Made by a program: the position numbers and the translations under genes. Positions 37,423 to 46,695 of a DNA stretch of 64,000 nt are shown one piece after another (within the stretch, counting starts at the first letter, position 1; each line of letters begins with the position of its first letter). Source of the stretch: an uncultured virus (IMG/VR IMGVR_UViG_3300013902_000010) (Duplodnaviria; Heunggongvirae; Uroviricota; Caudoviricetes); IMG/VR virus record IMGVR_UViG_3300013902_000010, positions 1-64,000 of that record; one strand, 5' to 3'. The notes below the pieces were generated by a model that saw nothing but the letters and a program-made list of their open reading frames with translations, was not told where the DNA came from and did no database searches.

Positions 37423-37822
37423 CTTCCGATTTTTCCACCTCTCGCTGCAAGGTATTGTCGAGTGTATAGCCCTTGCCTATAACAGACAAAGCCCTGGGAA
37501 ATACCTCGCCTCGGTGCTCCTTTGCACAGCCTCTTTCGAGGCAAGCAATAAAGAAGCCGAAAGCCATGAGTACGCAGGGTGGAGTTAATTCTGCATCATC
37601 ATTATACATATCAACGATGGTGTCGGTAAGAGCTTTCGACTTGTGGTAATACGCCAAACTATCCTTTTCTTTTTGTGTTAGACTACCCAACTCGCTCTTG
37701 TTACCAAGAACATCATTGTGCTCCTCACGAGTGTTCTGCTCGTTCTGGTTATCTTTTTTCTTCTGTTCCATAATACTATAAATTCTTGTTGCTTTATTAT
37801 TGCTCAAAATATTATTACTCAT
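37400..37822 (-). CDS. Hypothetical protein
   Basis: 140-aa ORF overlapping its neighbours. Confidence 0.6.
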   Translation of the reverse strand: MSNNILSNNKATRIYSIMEQKKKDNQNEQNTREEHNDVLGNKSELGSLTQKEKDSLAYYHKSKALTDTIVDMYNDDAELTPPCVLMAFGFFIACLERGCAKEHRGEVFPRALSVIGKGYTLDNTLQREVEKSEDENKKEQ

Positions 37823-37946
37823 ACATCTCGAAGAGAAATGTATTCTCTTGCCAGGCGTGGATGGTTATCGTAGGGCTAAGTCTCGTCTTCAGAAACAAGC
37901 CTTTATTGAAGCCTCTCGGATATTGAAAGATGCCGATTGTTCTCAT
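37815..37946 (-). CDS. 43-aa ORF resembling a variable-region module of phage C5 DNA methyltransferases (not in the ORF track)
   Basis: MRTIGIFQYPRGFNKGLFLKTRLSPTITIHAWQENTFLFEMYE*. ATGA overlap with the upstream stop. Confidence 0.6.
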   Translation of the reverse strand: MRTIGIFQYPRGFNKGLFLKTRLSPTITIHAWQENTFLFEMYE

Positions 37947-38116
37947 AACTCAATCAATATCTTAGGGTGCTGCCCACCCCCCCCACATGTATGACAAGCG
38001 GGAGCGATGCCATCGGGCGAATATACCCGACGGTCGCTATCAAACCGCTTGTCGAAGGGAGGTATGTCTAAGCTACCCACCACGATGATATGAATGTTGT
38101 TGTTATTCGGTCGCAT
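37943..38116 (-). CDS. 57-aa ORF resembling a variable-region module of phage C5 DNA methyltransferases
   Basis: RRVYSPDGIAPACHTCGGGGQHPKILIEL. Confidence 0.6.
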   Translation of the reverse strand: MRPNNNNIHIIVVGSLDIPPFDKRFDSDRRVYSPDGIAPACHTCGGGGQHPKILIEL

Positions 38117-38960
38117 CCTCGCTACCTTTATTTTCAAAATCCTCTTCTCTTTCCTCATCCCAAACAAGTTTCTTGACAAGGAAAGAAATACCATCGCCAA
38201 ATTCTTTTTCCTCATAGCCAAGATGTAGATACCAACGAAGCACCCATTCTTCTGCCTCCTTGCGGTTCCATTCCAAGGCTACAGTCTTACAACCACTCTC
38301 CTTGGCCTCTCGTTCGGCGGTTTCCAATAACCTCATGGCGATGTTCTTCTTTCTGTAGTCTCCATCCACCCAAAGGGCATAGATGAAAGCATCGCACTTC
38401 TTCCAGAAATCATTACTCTTTCGCTCTTCCTCATTAGGAATATCAAGATGGACGTTTCCTACCACCACATCATCGACAATGGCACAGGATAAATGGCGTG
38501 TCACTCCAAGCCATTTCTGAACGTTGGTCGTGATAGAGAATGCAAAGGTTGTAAGGCGAACCTGCACACCTCTATGAGCTGGATTATTGCCATCGTTGTT
38601 GGCATTATTACATCCTCCATCATTGCCATTTCCTCCGTTTTCGGAAGAGTGATTATCATCTTCTCCGTTTTTGGAAGAATGATTGTCGCCGTCTTCCTTT
38701 CCGAGGTCAGCCAAACGCCAGGCGATAATCTTTCGCTTGCGCCAAGCCATCAAAGGGATAAATACCCAGCATACGATGATGCTGCTCAATACTACATACC
38801 ACATAGCCGATATGCAGCATTCGTACACTTCATTAGAGAACGTTGACGGATGTAGGACTCTGAACGCAGAATCCATTATCAACCGCATGGTGATTGCTAC
38901 CAATAATGCGAGAATAACAGGCACTAACGAAATGCCCAGCTCTTTGAAAAATGTCTTCAT
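38103..38960 (-). CDS. GNAT-family acetyltransferase with an N-terminal membrane anchor
   Basis: FIYALWVDGDYRKKNIAMRLLETAE...WYLHLGY, two hydrophobic N-terminal segments and a G/N/D linker. Confidence 0.8.
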   Translation of the reverse strand: MKTFFKELGISLVPVILALLVAITMRLIMDSAFRVLHPSTFSNEVYECCISAMWYVVLSSIIVCWVFIPLMAWRKRKIIAWRLADLGKEDGDNHSSKNGEDDNHSSENGGNGNDGGCNNANNDGNNPAHRGVQVRLTTFAFSITTNVQKWLGVTRHLSCAIVDDVVVGNVHLDIPNEEERKSNDFWKKCDAFIYALWVDGDYRKKNIAMRLLETAEREAKESGCKTVALEWNRKEAEEWVLRWYLHLGYEEKEFGDGISFLVKKLVWDEEREEDFENKGSEDATE

Positions 38961-39006
38961 TTCCTTTGTCTCTTATTTTTATGATTTATTGCTTATTTAA
39001 TTCGAT

Positions 39007-39228
39007 TTATTGACGCATGATAACGTCCGCGCCTCTCGTCACCCGATAAACTACCGAGGCGAATATGTAGCGATGATTACCTCCGCATTTTAGGGGTACC
39101 CCTGTCTTGCGACAAGTCTTGCCATAGAAAGCCCAGTCGCCACAAATGTGCTCCAGTTTCTCTACGATAATGCTCTGTCGCTTGGTGGAGACTACATCGC
39201 CTATCCGGATTTTAGCTACGTCTATCAT
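39007..39228 (-). CDS. Small hypothetical protein
   Basis: 73 aa, coupled to the upstream ORF by a 4-nt overlap. Confidence 0.6.
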   Translation of the reverse strand: MIDVAKIRIGDVVSTKRQSIIVEKLEHICGDWAFYGKTCRKTGVPLKCGGNHRYIFASVVYRVTRGADVIMRQ

Positions 39229-39971
39229 TCCACAACCTTTCCATCTACTACCTTATGCGATAATTTCTCGTCGCTCAACAGCTCTTTAGGCACATTCAAT
39301 GTATCAAAGATACCACAGAGTCTAAGGAAATGCTGTAACTCATGCACGGCGATGAATTGCGCCACGGCTGCCGCAGTGAAGGTATCACGCACCTTGCTAT
39401 CACTCGCCACACGTTTTGTAGGCTTCACAATCTGCACGATGGTAGCCTTGCCTCTCGATTGCGCCTCGCAAGCCGTAAACTGCAAGCCCTCCTGCTGCAG
39501 CTTGTCGTACAAGGTAAGGTCGGTAAAACTCAACTCGAAGCCTACGGCGTAATAAGTGGCTTGCCATCGACGAGCCTTAAACTCATAGCAGAATGCCACA
39601 CGCATATCGCTGTCTCTTGGCTTAATATCCTCACTTCCTTTTATCTCGCGGAATATCGCAGAGTTCTCGGCGAACCAATCCTCACTGATAGGAACAATGG
39701 TGAGTTCACGGATAGGCATTCGATTATGACTGTTCGCCATGTCCTCTTGTGTAGCTATGCCCGTCCATATCTTCAGACGGTAGCGAGCCGTATATACACC
39801 AGCGAAGAGTTTGGACGTATCACTCACAATGCAAACCTCCTTGTCCTTTGGCTTGCCATCATCGCCAAGCATATAGCCATACACCATATCGCCATTACTC
39901 AATTCGCCAAACTGGAAATCCTCCGTATCCTCACTTCTTCGGATATATCCGATGTTATTTCCCTTTCCCAT
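39225..39971 (-). CDS. Hypothetical protein
   Basis: 248 aa with a C-terminal VHELQHFLRLCGI motif. Confidence 0.7.
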   Translation of the reverse strand: MGKGNNIGYIRRSEDTEDFQFGELSNGDMVYGYMLGDDGKPKDKEVCIVSDTSKLFAGVYTARYRLKIWTGIATQEDMANSHNRMPIRELTIVPISEDWFAENSAIFREIKGSEDIKPRDSDMRVAFCYEFKARRWQATYYAVGFELSFTDLTLYDKLQQEGLQFTACEAQSRGKATIVQIVKPTKRVASDSKVRDTFTAAAVAQFIAVHELQHFLRLCGIFDTLNVPKELLSDEKLSHKVVDGKVVE

Positions 39972-39992
39972 TTTCTTTTTCTTTATTAATCT

Positions 39993-40181
39993 CTATTCTT
40001 TATTAGTTTCCACTCGATTAAAGTGTGCTACTATCTTAGCAGATACTTTCGATAACAACCCCGCTATATTGCAAGCCGAAGTCTTGTCGGTTACATCTAT
40101 CTGCTTGCCATTGAGTGATGCCTTCAGGTGAAGTGTATCACCGTCGATATTCACCCTTATCTTCCAACTATCCTCTTTCAT
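39993..40181 (-). CDS. Small hypothetical protein
   Basis: 62-aa ORF within the operon. Confidence 0.55.
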   Translation of the reverse strand: MKEDSWKIRVNIDGDTLHLKASLNGKQIDVTDKTSACNIAGLLSKVSAKIVAHFNRVETNKE

Positions 40182-41010
40182 CCATCTTGGTTAAAAGATC
40201 CATACCCTTGTCGCCCACTTTCTTCTTGAGCCTCGAAAGACTCAACTCAAAGATTTCCTTGGCGAGATCATCATTTACCACATCATCTACATTATAATCC
40301 TCGCCTTCCACATATCTATGCAAGACGTGGCTATACAGATTCTTGATGCTTGCACTATCAATCTCCTCATAAGGAATAAAGTCAATGGCTTCCGTTGGTC
40401 TTGGATAAACATTGCCCTCTACTGTCATTCCCTCCCCCTTGCTAATCTCGATGCACCTTATGATTTCGATGCCGCCAGCACAGATTGAAAGACAATAGTT
40501 GCCATAAAATACAGACTTACCTAAAGCTGTAAAACCGACCATCAACTCCTTGGCTATTTGCAAATCACTTACCTTCTGAAAGCCATATATTGAAGCGATG
40601 TAAGCACTAACAAAAAGAGGGTGAAAACGAAACTTAGTCTGGTAAGAAGACCATCCGTAACCTCTGCCCTTCGACATCTTGTCGGTGCCCCTCATCTTCG
40701 TGAGCATATCCGTATCTACCAATCCGCTTGGGTAATGCGCCGCCACAGCATAGACACTGCCCCATTCGTTTCGACAAACAGACTCCACGTCTATCTCTAC
40801 CTGCTCTACCTCCCTCGGCTGCGCCATTCGCTCGATGGCGTTGTTAAACTTCAGATACATACTAGAGTCGTAGTATTCACTGCCTCGAAAGGTGGGTTCT
40901 AGTTTGATAGGCTCATTGCTCGGCGTCATTCTGTTCGGGATAGCCAATACCTCGTGTATCAGGTCTTGTTTAACCTTGCGCATGATTTCGCCTGGTATAT
41001 GATTCTCCAT
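40168..41010 (-). CDS. Hypothetical protein
   Basis: 280-aa ORF. Confidence 0.7.
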   Translation of the reverse strand: MENHIPGEIMRKVKQDLIHEVLAIPNRMTPSNEPIKLEPTFRGSEYYDSSMYLKFNNAIERMAQPREVEQVEIDVESVCRNEWGSVYAVAAHYPSGLVDTDMLTKMRGTDKMSKGRGYGWSSYQTKFRFHPLFVSAYIASIYGFQKVSDLQIAKELMVGFTALGKSVFYGNYCLSICAGGIEIIRCIEISKGEGMTVEGNVYPRPTEAIDFIPYEEIDSASIKNLYSHVLHRYVEGEDYNVDDVVNDDLAKEIFELSLSRLKKKVGDKGMDLLTKMDERG

Positions 41011-41024
41011 ACGCTCTTGCCTCC

Positions 41025-42125
41025 CTATTTGTCATAGTCCACCACAATGTTATATCTTGCGAGTACCGGAACCAAGCCTGTCATTACTCCCTTGCCCAGC
41101 AGAGGAACTGCATCAAGAACGCTGAAAGGTATCACCTTCTTCTTAGGCAACTGCTGCTTGTTGGCTTCCTCGTCAAGAAGCTTCTTGCAAGCCTCCAAGT
41201 CTCGGTCGGCTGCGTCTCGCTCATCGAGGGCTTTCTTATACTTGGCATTCAGCTCATCATATTCCCTTTGAGCCTCGGTCTCCTTGGCAGAAAGTTTCAA
41301 CTTTAGATTGGCGATGTAATCGCTCGCTTTCTTTGCCGTGGCGATGGCATCATCTAGTTTGGCTTTATAGTCATCAATCTGTACCTGCAAGACGGAAACT
41401 TGCTTTTGATGCACCATTTTTTCGTTTTCCAGCTCACTCTGCTGGTCGGATATTTTCTCACGCAAAACATCAGATTCGGCAGCAGTATATATATAGTTGG
41501 CCAGACGCTTCATATTTTGCGTAAGATGCAAGAACATTTCATCGGACTCTCCCATCAAAGACATCGCTTCGTCTGCATTTAAAATATAATCTGGAGCGTT
41601 CCACCATTCAGGGCGTTGGTTGTTGTTTTTGCTATTTCCCTCGCTTGGCAATGATGGCTGCGTCTTCTCTTCCTCTTGAACTGCCTCTGCCTCTTTCTTG
41701 TTATTTTCCTCCATCATGGCGATGGCGGAAGGCATATCACCCAACTTATCGTAGTAATTATCCTCCTTGGCATCCAGGGCAAGTCTGCCCTCATAAACAT
41801 CCCAAAGATTGTTGTCGATAAGATAGTAGATAGCTTGCAGCACGATATGCGCTCCATATTGGTCGGTGTATTCATTGATAGGGTTCACCCAACGCTTGCG
41901 CACCAACATATCCAGCCACTCCTTATATACCTTGCCATTCAGACAATTTCTGTCTTCGCCTTCGGGATAGCAGGAAGCGATGCGTGGTACCACATAGAGC
42001 GGCTCTGTCTTCTGCAAGAAATTCTCGTAGTTGATGCCGAGAGCCATGCGCACCATGTTGCTCACATTCTTATATTGATACTTCTTCAGCAATGAGCGAA
42101 GAACGTTTTGCTGTTTTGTGTTCAT
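41025..42125 (-). CDS. Hypothetical coiled-coil protein
   Basis: 366 aa with a long heptad-like C-terminal half. Confidence 0.75.
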   Translation of the reverse strand: MNTKQQNVLRSLLKKYQYKNVSNMVRMALGINYENFLQKTEPLYVVPRIASCYPEGEDRNCLNGKVYKEWLDMLVRKRWVNPINEYTDQYGAHIVLQAIYYLIDNNLWDVYEGRLALDAKEDNYYDKLGDMPSAIAMMEENNKKEAEAVQEEEKTQPSLPSEGNSKNNNQRPEWWNAPDYILNADEAMSLMGESDEMFLHLTQNMKRLANYIYTAAESDVLREKISDQQSELENEKMVHQKQVSVLQVQIDDYKAKLDDAIATAKKASDYIANLKLKLSAKETEAQREYDELNAKYKKALDERDAADRDLEACKKLLDEEANKQQLPKKKVIPFSVLDAVPLLGKGVMTGLVPVLARYNIVVDYDK

Positions 42126-42151
42126 TTCTTCTTTACCTTTTATGTTATAAT

Positions 42152-42865
42152 CTACTCATCAGGATCATCCTCTCCCTCTACGATAATGAAGCCATGTTTC
42201 TTGGCAGTCTCTTCGCTTCGAGGTCGGCGGTCAGTATGCTTATCGTAACATATCCACCATGGATGCTCACGAATGGAAAAGTAATTGTACTTTCTCTTCA
42301 TAAGATGTTTGAAAGAGGATGCAGAGGAGTTCATCGGTTTCAATGTGACGTGAAGCTTGGTATGTTGGTCCAAACCATAAAGCAATCTGCGCTTCTCGTC
42401 TGCCATCAACTTCTTCCTTGCCTCGCTGCGCCTACGGAGAATATTCTTGTATCTTCGGGGCTGTCGCTCCTTGATAACTCTCATCGGGTGGAATCCTGAT
42501 GCCCTTAGCTGTTTGCAAGCCTCCTGGCAAGCATCGGGCATGGGCTTGCCTCGTAAGGAATCGTAATATCCGTTCTTCTCGCAAACCTTCTTTACGTCCA
42601 TCGCCTGTTGGTGCTTGATGGCTTTCATGTCCTTCTCTAATCCCAAGTCGGTCTTCAATCGGCGAAGGGTGGAAAAGGAGATACCAAACCATTTCATCAT
42701 TCTGCGGTTGGAGTTTTTGGGGAAGAGCTTGATGAACTTCTCCTTCAGCTCTCCCTCTAAGCAATACTTCTTCGCACCATGGCTGGTGGGCGTTTCTCGC
42801 AAAGGTATCTGATACTTCGCCTTACCCGTAGGTTTGAGAGGTGTTTTCGTTCCATTAAAACTCAT
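42152..42865 (-). CDS. Basic putative DNA-binding protein
   Basis: FPKNSNRRMMKWFGISFSTLRRLKTDLGL is an HTH-like segment. Confidence 0.65.
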   Translation of the reverse strand: MSFNGTKTPLKPTGKAKYQIPLRETPTSHGAKKYCLEGELKEKFIKLFPKNSNRRMMKWFGISFSTLRRLKTDLGLEKDMKAIKHQQAMDVKKVCEKNGYYDSLRGKPMPDACQEACKQLRASGFHPMRVIKERQPRRYKNILRRRSEARKKLMADEKRRLLYGLDQHTKLHVTLKPMNSSASSFKHLMKRKYNYFSIREHPWWICYDKHTDRRPRSEETAKKHGFIIVEGEDDPDE

Positions 42866-42868
42866 GAC

Positions 42869-43306
42869 TTACTTTCTTGACTCACTTCCTCCAGTGTTTG
42901 TCCTGGGTAATGGAACATTAATGGGGGGGGTACCTGCTGCCACTCGCTCCTTATTATATTCGGAGATGGCGAGGTCAAACTGATTTTGATAGGTCTCGTG
43001 AATACTACGGCGTTGAATCTTCACCTCGCAGCAACCCTGGTGCCAAGTATCGTAGGCTTTTCCCTTTGCAGCTTTCGCCTTGATGCAAAACTCACGGAAC
43101 TTGCGTTCCTGCTCGGCGGTGAAATCATCAAGTTCTTTCTTCTGCTGACGCTCAAAAGCAATCTGTTCGAGAGAGTACTGGTTCTTTATATCCATGTACG
43201 TCTTCTTAATCTCATGCTCCTTGGCGTAGGTTGCCGCCATCTTCTTGTCTCGCTCCTCACGAAGGGGAGTGAGCACCTCGTTCTGAAACTCTGTTAATGT
43301 TCTCAT
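42869..43306 (-). CDS. Hypothetical helical protein
   Basis: 145-aa ORF. Confidence 0.7.
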   Translation of the reverse strand: MRTLTEFQNEVLTPLREERDKKMAATYAKEHEIKKTYMDIKNQYSLEQIAFERQQKKELDDFTAEQERKFREFCIKAKAAKGKAYDTWHQGCCEVKIQRRSIHETYQNQFDLAISEYNKERVAAGTPPINVPLPRTNTGGSESRK

Positions 43307-43499
43307 TTCTCAATAAATCCTTTAATATTTTTGTTGTTAATAAAAATGATTCTTATCTATTTATCGGCAAATGATGATAGGTAGTTCGGCGATAATCTTG
43401 ACGGAAGCCAAAACTCCGAAGTCATTTACCTTTTAAGTGAAGAGTGAAGAACGAAGAATGAAGAATCGTCTTGCTCTTACTCCTTATATATAATATATA

Positions 43500-43892
43500 C
43501 TACTCGAAATCGAGGGTGGGCGACATTGCTTTTATCTTTGCCTCCTCAGCCTCTTTCTTCTTCTTGTCTCCCAACTTCTTGCAGTCTGCTGCCTCCTTTA
43601 GGATTTTCTTCATTTCTTTTCGGGAAACAAGCGGATTGGCTTTTACGATACCGATGAACACATCTCTGCCCAAGGTCTTGTAATAAGGGATAAACTCTTG
43701 GTCTATCAAGTCGGCTGGCTTACCGGGCGGAATGCTGACCTGTGTGAGGTCTCTGCCCAACTCATCCACGATGAGGAACGTCTTCTGTCCGTCCTCGGTT
43801 GGAATGCTTACGCCTCCGCTGTATCGGGCAACGCTTAGATGGCTGTTCATCCAAGCCTGCTCCGTAAGGAGTATGGATTTAAATTCTGCCAT
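43500..43892 (-). CDS. Hypothetical protein
   Basis: 130 aa with WMNSHLSVARYSGG. Confidence 0.7.
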   Translation of the reverse strand: MAEFKSILLTEQAWMNSHLSVARYSGGVSIPTEDGQKTFLIVDELGRDLTQVSIPPGKPADLIDQEFIPYYKTLGRDVFIGIVKANPLVSRKEMKKILKEAADCKKLGDKKKKEAEEAKIKAMSPTLDFE

Positions 43893-43979
43893 AGTCGTAA
43901 TTTGTTGTTTACTATCTGTTGTTTATTGTTTATTTGTTTATTATCTATCATCCATTGTTCGTTTATTGCCTACGATGTG

Positions 43980-44141
43980 TTATGCGATTTCTTTGTCCTC
44001 GCATTCTGCTATATCTTGATACTGTATGTATCGCTTGTGCTTCATGCAGTATAAGCCACCGATGCAGAGAGCACCATGCAAACATACCCAGCATGGCTTT
44101 GTATCTGGCTTCACGGAACAATGTTTCAAATTGACTGCCAT
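43980..44141 (-). CDS. 53-aa Cys-rich protein, first gene of the early block (not in the ORF track)
   Basis: MAVNLKHCSVKPDTKPCWVCLHGALCIGGLYCMKHKRYIQYQDIAECEDKEIA*, directly after the promoter at 44185. Confidence 0.65.
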   Translation of the reverse strand: MAVNLKHCSVKPDTKPCWVCLHGALCIGGLYCMKHKRYIQYQDIAECEDKEIA

Positions 44142-44161
44142 ATTCGTCTTTATGTATTCTA

Positions 44162-44303
44162 TAGCTTACCTATATTTTCGGTTGCAAAGATAATAAAAAA
44201 TAGGTAAACTATAACAGCTTACCTATTTTAATTTCATATTTTGGTTTAAAATTAAGAATTATTATAACTTTAACCTATATTTTTTATAAAAACACATTAC
44301 CTA
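44162..44303 (-). promoter_or_regulatory. Early promoter (TATCTTTG, 44185-44192) flanked by TTACCTA operator-like sites
   Basis: GCTTACCTAT at 44164 and 44217, inverted TAGGTAA at 44201, and variants at 44271 and 44297. Confidence 0.65.
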
Positions 44304-44330
44304 ATTATAAATCCAGTGTATTTTTACGGA

Positions 44331-44383
44331 AAAAAGCCCCGATACCTTGCCTTACATCATAGAAGGCTCGATACCGAGGCTTT
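44331..44383 (-). terminator. Terminator-like hairpin after the tail tube gene
   Basis: AAAAGCCCCG...CGAGGCTTTT. Confidence 0.55.
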
Positions 44384-44595
44384 TGGAAATATGAGTTTAA
44401 ATTGCCAATGGAAATCCATTAGAATTTCGGGGAGCGATTATTCTTCGTCTTCAGTAGGAGTAGAGGTCTCATCATTGATGGAAGCTACTTTCTTTGCGCT
44501 CGACTTAGAAGACTGCTTGGATGCAGCATTCTCGTCTGCGCTATCCGAAGACGGTGTGTTGGCGGAATTAATGTCGCTCTTATCAGTTCCGCCTG

Positions 44596-45174
44596 CTATT
44601 CCCCCGCGCCTGTACCAGTGCCATTCAAGAGAGAATCCCAACCACCTTCAGGGGTTGCAATCTCATAGCGACCATAAGTAGTAGGCTGGAGAGTTCCGGA
44701 CAATGTGACGGTACGATCGTCTTCCGGCTTCTTGCCTGTGTCACCCTTGATGTTACCCGAATCGTACTTGAAATCGTGCTGCTTGTCGTACACGATGATA
44801 GAGCTTGCGCCATCCTCTACGATGTAACCGCACTTCAAGTTGTTGAGACCACGAGCCACGAAAGCTGTATCTGCGTTCACACTCTCAAGAACATAATCCA
44901 AAGTCTGCTTGAAGCCCTTCTGATAACCGAGGTTCTCCCAGGTGTGACCCTGGCCACCATCCTGGCACTCAAACTTATAGAGACCCTTGCCTTTCTTGAA
45001 AGAAGCAGTGGTCAGAGCTGCATACTTGTTGGTACCCTCTGTTGGTGTCAAAGCCGACACAAGGTCACTCTTCAAGAATACATATACGTTTACGCCGAGA
45101 CCGCCGAAGTTCTCCAAGCAATCGTTCTCGGAGAGAAGGTTCTTAATCTCTGGGCATGTTACTGTATCTGCCAT
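44596..45174 (-). CDS. Major tail (tube) protein, putative; a -1 frameshift may extend it to 44438
   Basis: 192 aa, directly after the major capsid gene, with a beta-rich pattern (CLENFGG, KKGKGLYKF, FKQTLDY). Confidence 0.7.
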   Translation of the reverse strand: MADTVTCPEIKNLLSENDCLENFGGLGVNVYVFLKSDLVSALTPTEGTNKYAALTTASFKKGKGLYKFECQDGGQGHTWENLGYQKGFKQTLDYVLESVNADTAFVARGLNNLKCGYIVEDGASSIIVYDKQHDFKYDSGNIKGDTGKKPEDDRTVTLSGTLQPTTYGRYEIATPEGGWDSLLNGTGTGAGE

Positions 45175-45299
45175 AGTTGTATCAATTTTTAATCAAACAA
45201 ATAAAAACGAAAAGAAAAGGGCGACGGAAGCTGTGTTCCGTCAAGTCAAGCTATCCGCCGCCCAAAGGATTTATTTAGAGTTTGTGGAGAAGCCGAAAC

Positions 45300-46595
45300 T
45301 TACCCGTTAGCCTTCTTAAAGAAGGCTGTAACACCCATACTCATGCCGGTGGCAATCATCTGACGCTTCTTGTTGGTGTCACCATTCTCCCAGTGAGAGA
45401 ATGTGAAGTTGGTGCCATCCTTAGCCTCCAAAGAGAGAACCTGGTTGATAGATGTATCTACAGGAGCCTCGTACTTAGTGCCGTTTACACTAACCTCGCC
45501 ATCAACAGTACCTTCCTTGTCGCCTACGATGTTTACTACCAACTTGGTGTTGGTGTAATCGCCAGCCACATACTCAGCCTTGGCAAGAGAGCCATCAGAC
45601 ATCGCAAACGCATACTTGAATGGGTTGCGAATACCTGCACCCTGGATTGACTGAATCTGGAACTGAATATCACGCATATCGTCGTCGGTGCCAACCTTAA
45701 CGCCTACGTAGGTCTGGTTGCCCTCAGAGTCAACAGCATAAACGAAGTTCTTAGGGATGGTTACGTACATGCGATCACCCTCGCCGAAGTCTGCGATAGG
45801 GCAGATAGTAACACGGCTCAAGCCAGGAAGCTTGAAGTTACCACCGTCCTCATAGTCAACCTTAAAGTTGCCATGGAACTTGTTGGCGTAACCTGCTGCG
45901 ATGTACTGGGCTGTCTGCTCGCTCATGTAAACGAGTACATTCTGCTTGCGAAGACGTGCATCCCACTTCAAGTGCCAAGCCAAGAAGTTGTCGTAAGGAG
46001 TAGAGTCGTTGTTGTCAGCAGGCTCTGTGATTGCATCACAAGGAATCAAGTTGCCGTTAGCCTCGCTGATAAGACCGTCCTCTACGTCGTGCTTCACACA
46101 GGTGTGGAAACCATCATAGAGAGCCAAAGCCTGGTCGGATGCAGGTGTGCTTGCTTCGCCCTTGTCGAGGTCAATATCACCGTTCCACAAGCAAGCGGTC
46201 AAGTTGTCGGCATAGTTGGCAAGGATAGCGGTAGCAGCCTCTGTAGAGAGAGGGTACTGACCCTGTGCGTCTGTGCCAAATACTGTCTCGCAGTACTTGT
46301 CGATATTGTCGGTATAATGGTCCCAAGCGAGCTTCACGGTCAATGTACGCTCTTTGAGGAAACCTACCTCGCTGTTCACCTTGGTATGAACGTCCTTACG
46401 GCGAGTGGTACCACCCTTACGGAGAAGGATGTGGATGGTACGCTTGTACTGAACACCAGACACGATGTCGATGCCCAAGCGATCCATCTCCTCGGCATCA
46501 GTATAACCAGGACCCATGAGGATTTCCTTAGTTACCTGCTCGGCAACGTGCTGAAGGGCATCTTTGCCGATAAAATCTTTAGGAGTTGTTGCCAT
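45300..46595 (-). CDS. Major capsid protein with a C-terminal Ig-like extension
   Basis: 431 aa, downstream of the protease/scaffold. WNGD...LYDGF motif and C-terminal NFTFSHWENG...TAFF beta domain. Confidence 0.8.
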   Translation of the reverse strand: MATTPKDFIGKDALQHVAEQVTKEILMGPGYTDAEEMDRLGIDIVSGVQYKRTIHILLRKGGTTRRKDVHTKVNSEVGFLKERTLTVKLAWDHYTDNIDKYCETVFGTDAQGQYPLSTEAATAILANYADNLTACLWNGDIDLDKGEASTPASDQALALYDGFHTCVKHDVEDGLISEANGNLIPCDAITEPADNNDSTPYDNFLAWHLKWDARLRKQNVLVYMSEQTAQYIAAGYANKFHGNFKVDYEDGGNFKLPGLSRVTICPIADFGEGDRMYVTIPKNFVYAVDSEGNQTYVGVKVGTDDDMRDIQFQIQSIQGAGIRNPFKYAFAMSDGSLAKAEYVAGDYTNTKLVVNIVGDKEGTVDGEVSVNGTKYEAPVDTSINQVLSLEAKDGTNFTFSHWENGDTNKKRQMIATGMSMGVTAFFKKANG

Positions 46596-46695
46596 AATTT
46601 GTTATCCTTTTAAAAATTAAATAAAAAATGAAAAGAAAATTTTTGCTTAAACTGAATCTTTAGTATTACCCGATGGGGGATGGAGCTACGAGTGC

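Noticed and set aside
43431..43968. Heptamer-like runs (GAAGAGT/GAAGAAT near 43436-43466; TGTTTAT near 43900-43968)
   Set aside because: Short low-complexity intergenic repeats with no further structure.
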